A DNA stretch of 64,000 bases from an uncultured delta proteobacterium (GTDB lineage: Bacteria > Desulfobacterota > Desulfuromonadia > Geobacterales > DSM-12255): contig CAWBBV010000007.1 in assembly GCA_963787125.1 (NCBI GenBank), positions 160,001-224,000 on the forward strand. The letters are read 5' to 3'. The notes beneath the pieces are model-generated. The model made no database searches. It was not told the origin of the DNA and saw only the letters and a program-made list of their open reading frames with translations. This document shows, in pieces, positions 27,904-36,593 of the stretch (position 1 is its first letter; every line of letters starts with the position of its first letter). The position numbers and the translations under genes were made by a program.

Positions 27904-28986
27904 ATGGCAAAAATAGACGCGCTTTTCAAAATGCTGCAGGAACAGGGGGCTTCCGACCTGCATCTTTCCTCAGGCAACCCTCCGATATTCCGCCTTCATG
28001 GCGAGATAGTCAGGCTTAACTTCAAGTCGCTGACCAACGAGGATTTGAAAAGCATCCTCTTTGAAATTCTTACCGAACCGCAAAGAGCTCAGTTCGAAGA
28101 AAAGAAAGATCTTGATTTTGCTTATGCCGTGCCGGGTCTGGCACGGTTTCGCGGCAATTACATGATGCAACATCGCGGTATCGCTGCAGTCTTCAGGATA
28201 ATACCGTCAAAAATACTTTCTGCCGACGATCTCCATCTGCCTGAAGGTGTCAGGAGCATGACCCGATTCAAAAAGGGGATGGTGCTGGTTACCGGACCGA
28301 CCGGTTCGGGGAAGTCCACAACTCTGGCTGCAATGATCGACCTGATTAATTCAACCCGCAAGGAGCATATCCTGACGCTGGAGGATCCGCTGGAGTTCAT
28401 TCATGAAAACAAGCTGTCTTTGATGAACCAGCGGCAGATCGGTGAACATACCGCCAGTTTCACTTCAGCTCTGCGAGCAGCCTTGCGGGAGGATCCGGAT
28501 ATCATTCTCGTCGGTGAAATGAGGGATCTGGAAACTATCCAGCTTGCCATGAGTGCTGCTGAAACCGGGCATCTTGTCTTCGGCACCCTGCACACCAATA
28601 CGGCGGCCAAAACCATCGACCGGATTATTGATGTTTTTCCTCCCGACCAGCAGGTGCAGATTCGGGCGATGCTGTCAGAATCACTAAAAGGGGTTGTCTG
28701 TCAGCAACTACTCCGCACGGCCGATGGCAAAGGCAGAGTTGCTGCTCTGGAGATCATGCTGGGAACATCGGCAATCAGTAATCTCATCAGGGAGGGAAAG
28801 ACTTTTCAGATAGCATCCATCATCCAGACTGCCAAAAAGGACGGCATGCAGCTCATGGATCAGCATCTGCTCGATCTTCTCAAGTCAAAGAAAATCAGTG
28901 CTGAAGAGGCCTATCGCTGCGCCATCGACAAAAAACAGTTTGAACAGTACCTGCCGAATCAAGCTCCCGGTCAGATGCAGATGTGA
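27904..28986 (+). CDS. pilT: Type IV pilus retraction ATPase
   Basis: GASDLHL, GPTGSGKSTT, EDPLE, LREDPDIILVGEMRD, TLHT. Confidence 0.93.
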   Translation: MAKIDALFKMLQEQGASDLHLSSGNPPIFRLHGEIVRLNFKSLTNEDLKSILFEILTEPQRAQFEEKKDLDFAYAVPGLARFRGNYMMQHRGIAAVFRIIPSKILSADDLHLPEGVRSMTRFKKGMVLVTGPTGSGKSTTLAAMIDLINSTRKEHILTLEDPLEFIHENKLSLMNQRQIGEHTASFTSALRAALREDPDIILVGEMRDLETIQLAMSAAETGHLVFGTLHTNTAAKTIDRIIDVFPPDQQVQIRAMLSESLKGVVCQQLLRTADGKGRVAALEIMLGTSAISNLIREGKTFQIASIIQTAKKDGMQLMDQHLLDLLKSKKISAEEAYRCAIDKKQFEQYLPNQAPGQMQM

Positions 28987-29005
28987 TAAGGGACTTGGAA
29001 TTTAG

Positions 29006-29758
29006 TTAATGCCGATGGCAGATGAGGTGCTGAGCGTGTTCGCCAAAAAATGCCGTCATCTCGTCTGAATGGCAGAAGTCATCGAAGTTGCCGTCAAAGA
29101 TGATCTTCTTGTCAATATAAAGGAAACGGCTGGCGTATTTGCCGATGCTCCAGGTGTCGTGGGTAACAAGGATGACAGTTGTCCCTGCATCCCTGTTGAC
29201 CCCCTCGACCAGTGAGTAGAAATGCTCTCTGGTTTCAGGATCCAGCGCTGTTGTCGGCTCGTCAAGGATCAGGATGTCTGGCCGGTTTACCATTGCCCGG
29301 GCAAGGAGCACCCGCTGCTGCTGGCCGCCGGAGAGATCGCCGATAAGTCTTTTTTTGAGGTGCGCAATACCCATCATCTCCAAAGCCACCTCAATTGAAG
29401 CCCGGCAATTAAGTGGGGAATCTGGTTTTCTTGCCCCTTCTGTCATGAGCCCGAGTTTTACTATCTCTTCGACAGTGCCCGGAAAGTTTGGATTGAAAAG
29501 TTTTATCCTTTGCGGCAGATAGCCGAGCCTGTGCCACTCTGCGAAGGAGCTCAGGGGGGAGCCGAAAAGGGAGATTGCACCGGCGTCAGAGCCCATCAAT
29601 CCGAGAATGGCTCTGATGAGGGTGCTTTTGCCAGAGCCGTTGGGTCCGACAATGCCGATATAATCTCCTGCCGCTACGTTAAAAGAGATGTTGCTCAGCA
29701 CCTCCATGCCGTTATAGCTACAGTTCAGATCGTTTATCTCAAGTATTCCTAGCGACAC
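29006..29758 (-). CDS. znuC: Zn/Mn ABC transporter ATP-binding subunit
   Basis: GPNGSGKST, LSGGQQQRV, LDEPT, His-rich C-terminus. Confidence 0.88.
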   Translation of the reverse strand: MSLGILEINDLNCSYNGMEVLSNISFNVAAGDYIGIVGPNGSGKSTLIRAILGLMGSDAGAISLFGSPLSSFAEWHRLGYLPQRIKLFNPNFPGTVEEIVKLGLMTEGARKPDSPLNCRASIEVALEMMGIAHLKKRLIGDLSGGQQQRVLLARAMVNRPDILILDEPTTALDPETREHFYSLVEGVNRDAGTTVILVTHDTWSIGKYASRFLYIDKKIIFDGNFDDFCHSDEMTAFFGEHAQHLICHRH

Positions 29759-30705
29759 TCAAGCCCCTTTTTCAATGCGGCCAGATTCTTTTCCATCAGG
29801 CCGATATAGGTTGCCCCACTGTCAAACTCCTGCTTTTCCAGGTTGTGAAGGCCGTGAAGTTTTATTAGTGATGCTCCTGTCTCTGCGGCAACACTCCTGG
29901 CAACCGCCGGAGAGAGCAGCTCTTCGTAAAAGACGCTTTTAAGTTTATGTTTGCGGATAGTGTCGATAAGTTCCACCATCTTGCGAGGTGACGGCTCACT
30001 GTCTGCGGAAACTCCATAAGCAGAGAGATAGTTGAGGTTGTAGCGCTCGGCAAGATAGGCAAACGCGTAATGCCCGCCATGAATGAACTCTTTTGTGGTG
30101 CAATTGGTCAGCTCAGAGCGGAAGCGGTTATCCAGGGCTTGGAGCCGCTCTTTATAGGCAGCAGCATTTGCCATGAACAGCTCTTTTTTTGCAGGAGACT
30201 GGCTGGCAAGGGCTTCGGCTATATTGTCGACCATTAACCCGGCGTTGACCAGGTCAAGCCAAATATGCGGGTCACGGGAGCCCTCCTGATGTTTGTCGCC
30301 ATGGTGCTCGTCGATTGTGGCTGACGCTGTGCCTATGTAGCGGGCTCCTGCTCCTGCTTCGACCTTCAGCGGTTTATTGTTGCGGGTTACACTACTGACG
30401 AGTTTTTCGGCCCAAGGCTCCATCTCACGGTTTGTGTAGATGAAAATGTCAGCTTTGGCGACAGTCATAATTTCTTCGGGTCTCGGTTCAAAGTTGTGGG
30501 GCTCAACTCCTGGCGGAAGCAGCAGGGAGATCTGGACATTTTCACCGCCGACTGTCCTGGCAAAGTCGTAAAGCGGAAAAAGGGTCGTCACGATCTTCAG
30601 CTTGTCTGAAACGTTGCTCTGCTTCGGTTTTGAGCAGGCGGGCAGCAACGTGAGGATCATTGTGATTATCAGTAGTCTGCAGTATAAAGTTTTGATAAAG
30701 TTCAA
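29749..30705 (-). CDS. znuA: Zn/Mn ABC transporter substrate-binding lipoprotein
   Basis: Lipobox LPAC, EPHNFEP, His loop, DPHIWL, HYAF.Y. Confidence 0.88.
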   Translation of the reverse strand: MNFIKTLYCRLLIITMILTLLPACSKPKQSNVSDKLKIVTTLFPLYDFARTVGGENVQISLLLPPGVEPHNFEPRPEEIMTVAKADIFIYTNREMEPWAEKLVSSVTRNNKPLKVEAGAGARYIGTASATIDEHHGDKHQEGSRDPHIWLDLVNAGLMVDNIAEALASQSPAKKELFMANAAAYKERLQALDNRFRSELTNCTTKEFIHGGHYAFAYLAERYNLNYLSAYGVSADSEPSPRKMVELIDTIRKHKLKSVFYEELLSPAVARSVAAETGASLIKLHGLHNLEKQEFDSGATYIGLMEKNLAALKKGLECR

Positions 30706-30892
30706 GTCGGACGCCTCGGATTTAAAGTATTGCCTGCTGTTAAAATAGCGGTGAAACGGCTCAAGTCAAGGGAAAAGACCTGCTTAAAGTCAATCCGCCC
30801 GGGAATTATCAAAGCGATTGTCTTAACAGTATGGAAATCTTTCAGAATTAATATATAATGCCTCATTCAATGTATGGCCAGAAGGAGAGACA

Positions 30893-32611
30893 ATGTTACG
30901 GAGTCTACGTGCCGGCGCGAGCCTGATGCGCTATTTTCAGATTTTATCGCTGCTGTTTGCAGTCGGAGGCAGCATTTATGCCGGAATATTCATGCAGAGT
31001 GACGTTGCTCCCGAGGTGCAAGGCTTTGTCCGGATAGTGCTGGTAATGTTCTTCCTGATTGCGTTGATGCTGGCCGCCTCAATCTGGATGCTTTCCAGAA
31101 GAAATCTTGCCAGGCGGATAAAAAGTCTTTCCAAAACTCTCGATCTGGTGACTGCCGGAGATTTGACTGCCAGGGTAATTACCAAGTCCGTTGATGAGAT
31201 GGATCATCTAAGCGAAAACCTGAACACCATGCTTGATAAATTTGAAGCTCTTATCATCAATATAAACGTCATCTCAACCGAATTGACAAATATCTCGCAG
31301 CAGAACAGTGAGGCAGTCGGACGGGTGCTTACTGCGGCACATATTCAGTCGGACGGCGTTGAAAAGACCTCTTTGGCCGTAAATGGCATAATCGGCTCCG
31401 TTGACATGGTGAGCGCCGGAGTCGTCAATCTTACCGGCTCGGCGGAGATAAACAGTGCGTCAATCACCGAGATTTCCGGAAGTATCGCTAACGTGCAAAA
31501 AAATGTCATGATTCAGAGCGAATCGATTGATGAAGTCTCTTCTTCCATTGTGGAGATGGCCGCTGTTATGGAGCAGATCGGTGCAAACGTCAGGAGCCTG
31601 ATGGAAGCGTCTGCCAGCACCACCTCTTCCGTTGCCGAGATGGATGCTTCTAATAAACAGGTTGAGGAGAATGCGCGCGAGACGGCTGCCATTTCAGGGG
31701 AGGTACTGAAGGACGCAGAGCAGGGAAGGGCGGCGGTAGAGGCGACGATTGCCGGCATTAACGAAATCCGTAACTCTTCGGGAAGAACCTTTTCCTCCAT
31801 AAACGCACTTTCTGAAAGGGTTGCGGCCATCGGTAGCATTCTTTCTGTTATTGATGATATAGCTGAACAGACTAATCTGCTGGCGCTGAATTCAGCCATC
31901 ATAGCTGCCCAGGCTGGTGAACATGGCAGAGGCTTTGCCATTGTGGCAGGAGAGATCAAGGGTCTTGCAACCAGGACGAGGCAGTCGACGATGGAAATCT
32001 CGGCGCTTATTGAAGGGGTCCAGGAAGAGACAGCCAAGGCATCAGCCGCTGTCCGCCAGACCGAGGAGAAGGTCCAGGAAGGGGAGCATCTCTCCCGGCG
32101 TTCCGGAGATGCGCTCGGCAAAATTCTCTCCGGTGTGCGGATGGCGTCGACAAGAGTAAACGAAATTGCCAGGGCGACTGTTGAGCAGGCGCAGGGCGGT
32201 CAATTCATTCATGGCGCCATGAGGCACGTGGCAGAGATGGTGGAGCAGATTGCCCGTTCATGCCAGGAATCGGGCCGAACAAATAGATCGATAATGACCG
32301 CTGTCGAGCGAATGAAGGGATTTACTTCCCAGGTTAACAGCTCGGCTGCAAGCCAGCAGCAGATTGGAGATGAGATTGCAAAGTTTACGGATCAGATGGC
32401 GGCTGACATAAAAAGCATCAAGGATGCGTGTGGTGAACAGTCTGAATGGAGCATGCAGATCTACAGCTCTATCGACACAGTCCGTGATTCAACTCAGAGC
32501 AATCTGGATTCGGCCAGAATAATGGAAACCGGGGTGGAGAATCTGCTTTCCCAGATTAGCAAACTTAAAAAAGAGATTGTGCAGTTGCAGGTTTCAGACA
32601 AAAAAGGGTGA
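30893..32611 (+). CDS. Methyl-accepting chemotaxis protein
   Basis: Two TM, HAMP, IAEQTNLLALNSAIIAAQAGEHGRGFAIVA. Confidence 0.93.
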   Translation: MLRSLRAGASLMRYFQILSLLFAVGGSIYAGIFMQSDVAPEVQGFVRIVLVMFFLIALMLAASIWMLSRRNLARRIKSLSKTLDLVTAGDLTARVITKSVDEMDHLSENLNTMLDKFEALIININVISTELTNISQQNSEAVGRVLTAAHIQSDGVEKTSLAVNGIIGSVDMVSAGVVNLTGSAEINSASITEISGSIANVQKNVMIQSESIDEVSSSIVEMAAVMEQIGANVRSLMEASASTTSSVAEMDASNKQVEENARETAAISGEVLKDAEQGRAAVEATIAGINEIRNSSGRTFSSINALSERVAAIGSILSVIDDIAEQTNLLALNSAIIAAQAGEHGRGFAIVAGEIKGLATRTRQSTMEISALIEGVQEETAKASAAVRQTEEKVQEGEHLSRRSGDALGKILSGVRMASTRVNEIARATVEQAQGGQFIHGAMRHVAEMVEQIARSCQESGRTNRSIMTAVERMKGFTSQVNSSAASQQQIGDEIAKFTDQMAADIKSIKDACGEQSEWSMQIYSSIDTVRDSTQSNLDSARIMETGVENLLSQISKLKKEIVQLQVSDKKG

Positions 32612-32614
32612 CAA

Positions 32615-33067
32615 ATGAATAGTATGAGTGACGCTGCGCTGGCTCAGCAGTTGGAAGAGATAGCCGCGAGCATGGTTTGCAAGGATTATGTGACTGCGTT
32701 TGCGAATCTGCAGAAGGTACCTTTGCAGTCAAGAACTCCGCTGGTGCTTTCAGCGCTTGCTCTTTGTATGGCGGAAGTTAAAGGCGCCGGCAAGAGTGTT
32801 GTTAATCTCTGTCATGAGGCCATTAAAAAAGACCCGAAAAATCCTGAACATTATTATCGGCAAGGGCGGATACTTTTTCTTGCCGGCAGGAAAAAAGATG
32901 CCATATGGGTGCTGAGAATGGGGCTAAGGTACGGCAAGCACAGAGGCATAATAGAGGCACTTGGTGCAATGGGAGTCAGAAGGTCACCGCCGCTGGGTTT
33001 TCTGCCGCGCAGTAATCCGTTGAATAAATATCTGGGAATACTGCTTACAAAAATAAATCTGAGATGA
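32615..33067 (+). CDS. TPR-like hypothetical protein
   Basis: AIKKDPKNPEHYYRQGRI TPR-like segment. Confidence 0.6.
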   Translation: MNSMSDAALAQQLEEIAASMVCKDYVTAFANLQKVPLQSRTPLVLSALALCMAEVKGAGKSVVNLCHEAIKKDPKNPEHYYRQGRILFLAGRKKDAIWVLRMGLRYGKHRGIIEALGAMGVRRSPPLGFLPRSNPLNKYLGILLTKINLR

Positions 33068-33126
33068 ACAAGGGGCAGTGCGGGAGTTGTCGCGTTCTCA
33101 GGCACCGTTGCCAAAATAATTTCTTC

Positions 33127-33465
33127 TCAGCGCAACTCCAACTTCTCAAAGAGTTTCAAGTATTCCGCTTCACCGCTGATGAAGCGGGTTATTCTTACTC
33201 CCATGCCGCTTTTCTTGACCAGATGAATCATCTGCGGCGGCACCTTTTTTGCCCACATTACCAGCGCCTCAAAGGTAACAGTTGTGGCCTCGTCCAGCAG
33301 CAACTCTACAACCACAGCTTTGCCGGGGTTACAGATATTGGTTGTCTTGATAAAGAGCCCGGTGGTGGAGATGTCCTCGGTAAAGGCGAGTCGGGTCGCT
33401 TCACCAATCCCGAAGCGTAACGAAAATCTTTTCCGGTGCCGCCCAAGATCTCTCTTTTCAGCCAA
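33127..33465 (-). CDS. PilZ-domain protein
   Basis: EKR...RHRKR and DISTTGLF motifs. Confidence 0.85.
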   Translation of the reverse strand: MAEKRDLGRHRKRFSLRFGIGEATRLAFTEDISTTGLFIKTTNICNPGKAVVVELLLDEATTVTFEALVMWAKKVPPQMIHLVKKSGMGVRITRFISGEAEYLKLFEKLELR

Positions 33466-33492
33466 TTTAAGCCTCCAGCAAAAGTGTAAATG

Positions 33493-33537
33493 GCCTGAAT
33501 ACGACAGTTTTAAGCTGCCGTATTCAGGCTTTTTTTT
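33493..33537 (+). terminator. Intrinsic terminator hairpin, possibly bidirectional
   Basis: gcctgaatacg..cgtattcaggc followed by T8. Confidence 0.7.
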
Positions 33538-34840
33538 AAGAGTTTAGATATTCCCTGATCTTCTCCGCCAGAATCCCGTAGACTCTGCCGCATTCGCTCT
33601 CATCCCGCTCAAGCAGTGTAACCCTGAAACCCTGCAAGGATGTATTGAACGAAGAGAGCGGCACGATGCAGATGCCGGTTGCTGCAAGGGTATAGTAGAC
33701 AAAACGCTTGTCAGGGGAGACGTTGGCCCCGCTGACAAGTTTCTCCACAAGTTCCCTTACTTCAGGTTTATCTATCGGCAAGGACTGGCTGCTGTTAAGC
33801 AGCCCATCCTTGAAAGCTACCGACATGTAGAATGCCCCGTTCGTTCTGTTGACGGTCAGGCCGGGCACATCCTTAAGGAAGTTGTAAGTGATGCTGCTCA
33901 TCTTCTCGTATCTTCTGGTCCGTTCCTCAAGATAGACCGGATACTGCGGGTGCTTCATGATTGGCGGTATACATTTTTGCGGCAGGGTCGTTGAGCAGAC
34001 CTCGTTCATCTTCAGGGTCAAAATGGCGTTAACGTACTTCTGAAAAGCAGCGTCTTTGTCAAAGTTATAAGTCTCTATCCAACCGCATCTGGAGCCGGGC
34101 CAAGGGAACTCCTTGGAGATCCCCTTGAGAGCGATTGCCGGAACATCACCGATAATGTCAGAAATCGGTACTGTGCTCTGACCGTTGTAAACGATGTTGT
34201 TATAAACCTCATCAGCAATAATGAAGAGGTCGAACTCCTTTGCCAGAGCAACAATTTTCTCCAGGGTCTCTTTTGGATAGACCATGCCGGTAGGGTTGTC
34301 CGGATTTATCAGCATAATCGCGGCCACGCCCGGATTATCGATTATCTGACAACGCATCTCTTCAAGGTCAGGAAACCAGTTGTCCTCTGCTTTCAGCCGG
34401 TAGCAGACCGGCTTTGCACCTGAGTTTGCAGATTCGGCCAGTGTGTGTGTCGTGTATGTGGGGGAGGGGACAAGTACTCTGGTTGCGGAATCGAGGCAGC
34501 CGTATATTTTGGCAATGGCATCGCCGAGTCCGTTAAAAAAGATAATGTCATCCGGAGTTATCTGCGTCCCGCCACGACCGTTGGTCAGCTCGCAGATGAA
34601 CTCTCTGGTTTCGAGCAGCCCGCGGGTATGACAGTAGCCCCAGGAGTCGTTTTCCATTGCTTCAGCAGCGACAATCTCCTTCATCCACACCGGGATCTGC
34701 TCCCCCTTGACAATCGGGTCACCGATATTCTCCCAGTTGATCTTTACTCCGCATTTCTGCAGTTTTTCGGCAACATTGACAATATTCCTGATTTCATAAG
34801 TCATCTCGCCAACGCCTGGGCTAACCAGATCTGTTCTCAT
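33536..34840 (-). CDS. PLP-dependent aminotransferase class I/II (alanine aminotransferase-like)
   Basis: YEIR, NIGDP, INPDNPTG, ADEVY, GISK..PWPGSRCGW. Confidence 0.85.
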   Translation of the reverse strand: MRTDLVSPGVGEMTYEIRNIVNVAEKLQKCGVKINWENIGDPIVKGEQIPVWMKEIVAAEAMENDSWGYCHTRGLLETREFICELTNGRGGTQITPDDIIFFNGLGDAIAKIYGCLDSATRVLVPSPTYTTHTLAESANSGAKPVCYRLKAEDNWFPDLEEMRCQIIDNPGVAAIMLINPDNPTGMVYPKETLEKIVALAKEFDLFIIADEVYNNIVYNGQSTVPISDIIGDVPAIALKGISKEFPWPGSRCGWIETYNFDKDAAFQKYVNAILTLKMNEVCSTTLPQKCIPPIMKHPQYPVYLEERTRRYEKMSSITYNFLKDVPGLTVNRTNGAFYMSVAFKDGLLNSSQSLPIDKPEVRELVEKLVSGANVSPDKRFVYYTLAATGICIVPLSSFNTSLQGFRVTLLERDESECGRVYGILAEKIREYLNS

Positions 34841-34858
34841 TTTCGCCTCCGAGGTAAT

Positions 34859-34888
34859 AAAAAAGCCGTGGGTTTGTCACCCACGGCT
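34859..34888 (-). terminator. Terminator in the 5' leader of the aminotransferase (attenuator candidate)
   Basis: AGCCGTGGG-tgacaaa-CCCACGGCT-TTTTT ending about 18 nt before the start codon. Confidence 0.8.
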
Positions 34889-34918
34889 AAACTTTCTAAA
34901 AAAGTGCTGAAACTCTAT

Positions 34919-34999
34919 TCAGCAAGCAGCGGGGAGCAAGGCGGCTGGTGATGCCGCTGTGATAATCGCTCGTGCTGCTATGTTGGCTGAATTAATCAT
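34919..34999 (-). CDS. Putative Ala-rich leader peptide MINSANIAARAIITAASPAALLPAAC
   Basis: 26 codons, 10 Ala; lies between a TTGACT promoter-like sequence and the leader terminator. Confidence 0.65.
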   Translation of the reverse strand: MINSANIAARAIITAASPAALLPAAC

Positions 35000-35043
35000 G
35001 TTGTTTCGAATAGCATATCAAAAGGCTGCAAGTCAATAACTAA

Positions 35044-35628
35044 TCAGAGATTGAAAGCGATCACCAGCCGTCCGTTCTCATCCCGCCAGCGTAGCCAGCC
35101 TTGCGTCTGTGAATCAGTGGTTACCCTGATCCAGTCGCCATCAAGTTGCAAAGAGATAACCATGCTCCCTTTTGCCAGAGTTTCAAGCGTCGCGGAATTG
35201 CTATCGGCGCTACTGCGCAGCTGATAAAACTCTTTTCTCAGCCCCCCAAGCAGCACTACCTGTCTATTTACAAGCAGCTCTTGCCAGCCGTAAAACCGGT
35301 ACGTAGAGCGACCCTCTACCCACCCTTCGCGTTCGCCATCATCATAGATGATCCGGAACCACCCTGATCTTTTAGAGGTGACTATGGCGGGAATTAGCCC
35401 ATCCGGCGAAGAGATAGATTGTGACAGCGCCGGGAGCCTGGCCGCATCGAGCGCGGTTATCCGCCCAAGTGACGGCTCTTTATAGATGAGGATCACGGGG
35501 CGCTCTGCAGTTGATGTTTTGCTGAGAAGAAGAATCCCCGTTCCGCCCGGAATCCTTGCTTTTACAGGGGCTGCGGCAGCGGCTGAGGCAAAGGCGATGA
35601 GCAGTGCTAACAGGAGTACCCTGAGCAT
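35044..35628 (-). CDS. Exported SH3-domain protein
   Basis: Signal peptide; GWFRI..EGWV and DWIRV..QGWL SH3-like repeats. Confidence 0.7.
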   Translation of the reverse strand: MLRVLLLALLIAFASAAAAAPVKARIPGGTGILLLSKTSTAERPVILIYKEPSLGRITALDAARLPALSQSISSPDGLIPAIVTSKRSGWFRIIYDDGEREGWVEGRSTYRFYGWQELLVNRQVVLLGGLRKEFYQLRSSADSNSATLETLAKGSMVISLQLDGDWIRVTTDSQTQGWLRWRDENGRLVIAFNL

Positions 35629-35630
35629 GA

Positions 35631-36098
35631 TCAGGCGGAGAACTCTTTTTTCAAGTCAAAAAGGTACTTTGCGGCCATAGCTCCATCTTCCGGGGCCCAG
35701 ACAGGCTTCTCGCTTTCTGTCAACGGTACATAAGGCCCGGCCTTTGCTTCGAAGAAAATAGTCCCTTCAGCAAGACTGACCGCTGTATGGAAAACTCCCG
35801 ACGGAATATCCGCGCCGATGTTTTCACCGTCAGCATCAAGCAGCAACTTTTCAGTTACGCCGCCGTTATCGTCAAAAATAAGTATGCCGAGCCGACCGCG
35901 AACGATCATGAACGTCTCATCTTTGAGCGGATCCAGATGCCGGTGCGGCCGGATGTATGATGCCGGTTCCATGGCATTAAGCAGGCGGTGAGCAGGGAAA
36001 TTGTCGCTTGGGTGAATGTTCCAGTTTTTCCGCAGGCGCGGATTTTCTTTAGCCGCAGCTGTAATCTCGTTCAGTAGTTGCCCGTTTATGATTTTCAT
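35631..36098 (-). CDS. WbuC-family cupin
   Basis: PRLRKNWNIH, YIRPHRH, FHT, EAKAGPY. Confidence 0.85.
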   Translation of the reverse strand: MKIINGQLLNEITAAAKENPRLRKNWNIHPSDNFPAHRLLNAMEPASYIRPHRHLDPLKDETFMIVRGRLGILIFDDNGGVTEKLLLDADGENIGADIPSGVFHTAVSLAEGTIFFEAKAGPYVPLTESEKPVWAPEDGAMAAKYLFDLKKEFSA

Positions 36099-36099
36099 T

Positions 36100-36453
36100 C
36101 TATCTGTCCACCAGTGCGATCTGGTTGCCATCCGGGTCTGCCACCACTGCCATCTTCCCCCAGGGGGATGCCTCCAGCGGTTCGGTAAATATCACCCCGG
36201 CAGTTGTCAGTTCGCGGCAGAGAGCGACGATGTCCTTGGTGGTCAGAGTTATGCCGGTATGTCTGCCGACAAGCGGCATGGCTGCTTCATGCATCGCCAG
36301 CGCCACACCGAATTTTGTCCCCTCGCCCGGGAAAAATTCCAGCATCATCTGGGTCTCCTGGACGAGCGGCAGTCCAAGTTGCTCGACGTAGAATTTTTTC
36401 GCAATTGCCAGGTCACGGACAAAAATCACGACATTTTTCATGCTGATGTTCAT
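36100..36453 (-). CDS. VOC/glyoxalase-family protein
   Basis: VRDL..AKKFY..LG; PWG..DPDGN. Confidence 0.88.
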   Translation of the reverse strand: MNISMKNVVIFVRDLAIAKKFYVEQLGLPLVQETQMMLEFFPGEGTKFGVALAMHEAAMPLVGRHTGITLTTKDIVALCRELTTAGVIFTEPLEASPWGKMAVVADPDGNQIALVDR

Positions 36454-36593
36454 TTTCAGATTACTCCTTTAAAATAAGTCACCCGTCTTGATAGCAGAGG
36501 AGCATTGAGCTTTCAAGGGATTTCGTTGCCATGCTTGACTTGCTCCCGCGTGCCGCTATAGTGTGAGGCAGACCAACCGTTAGGAGCATTCAA

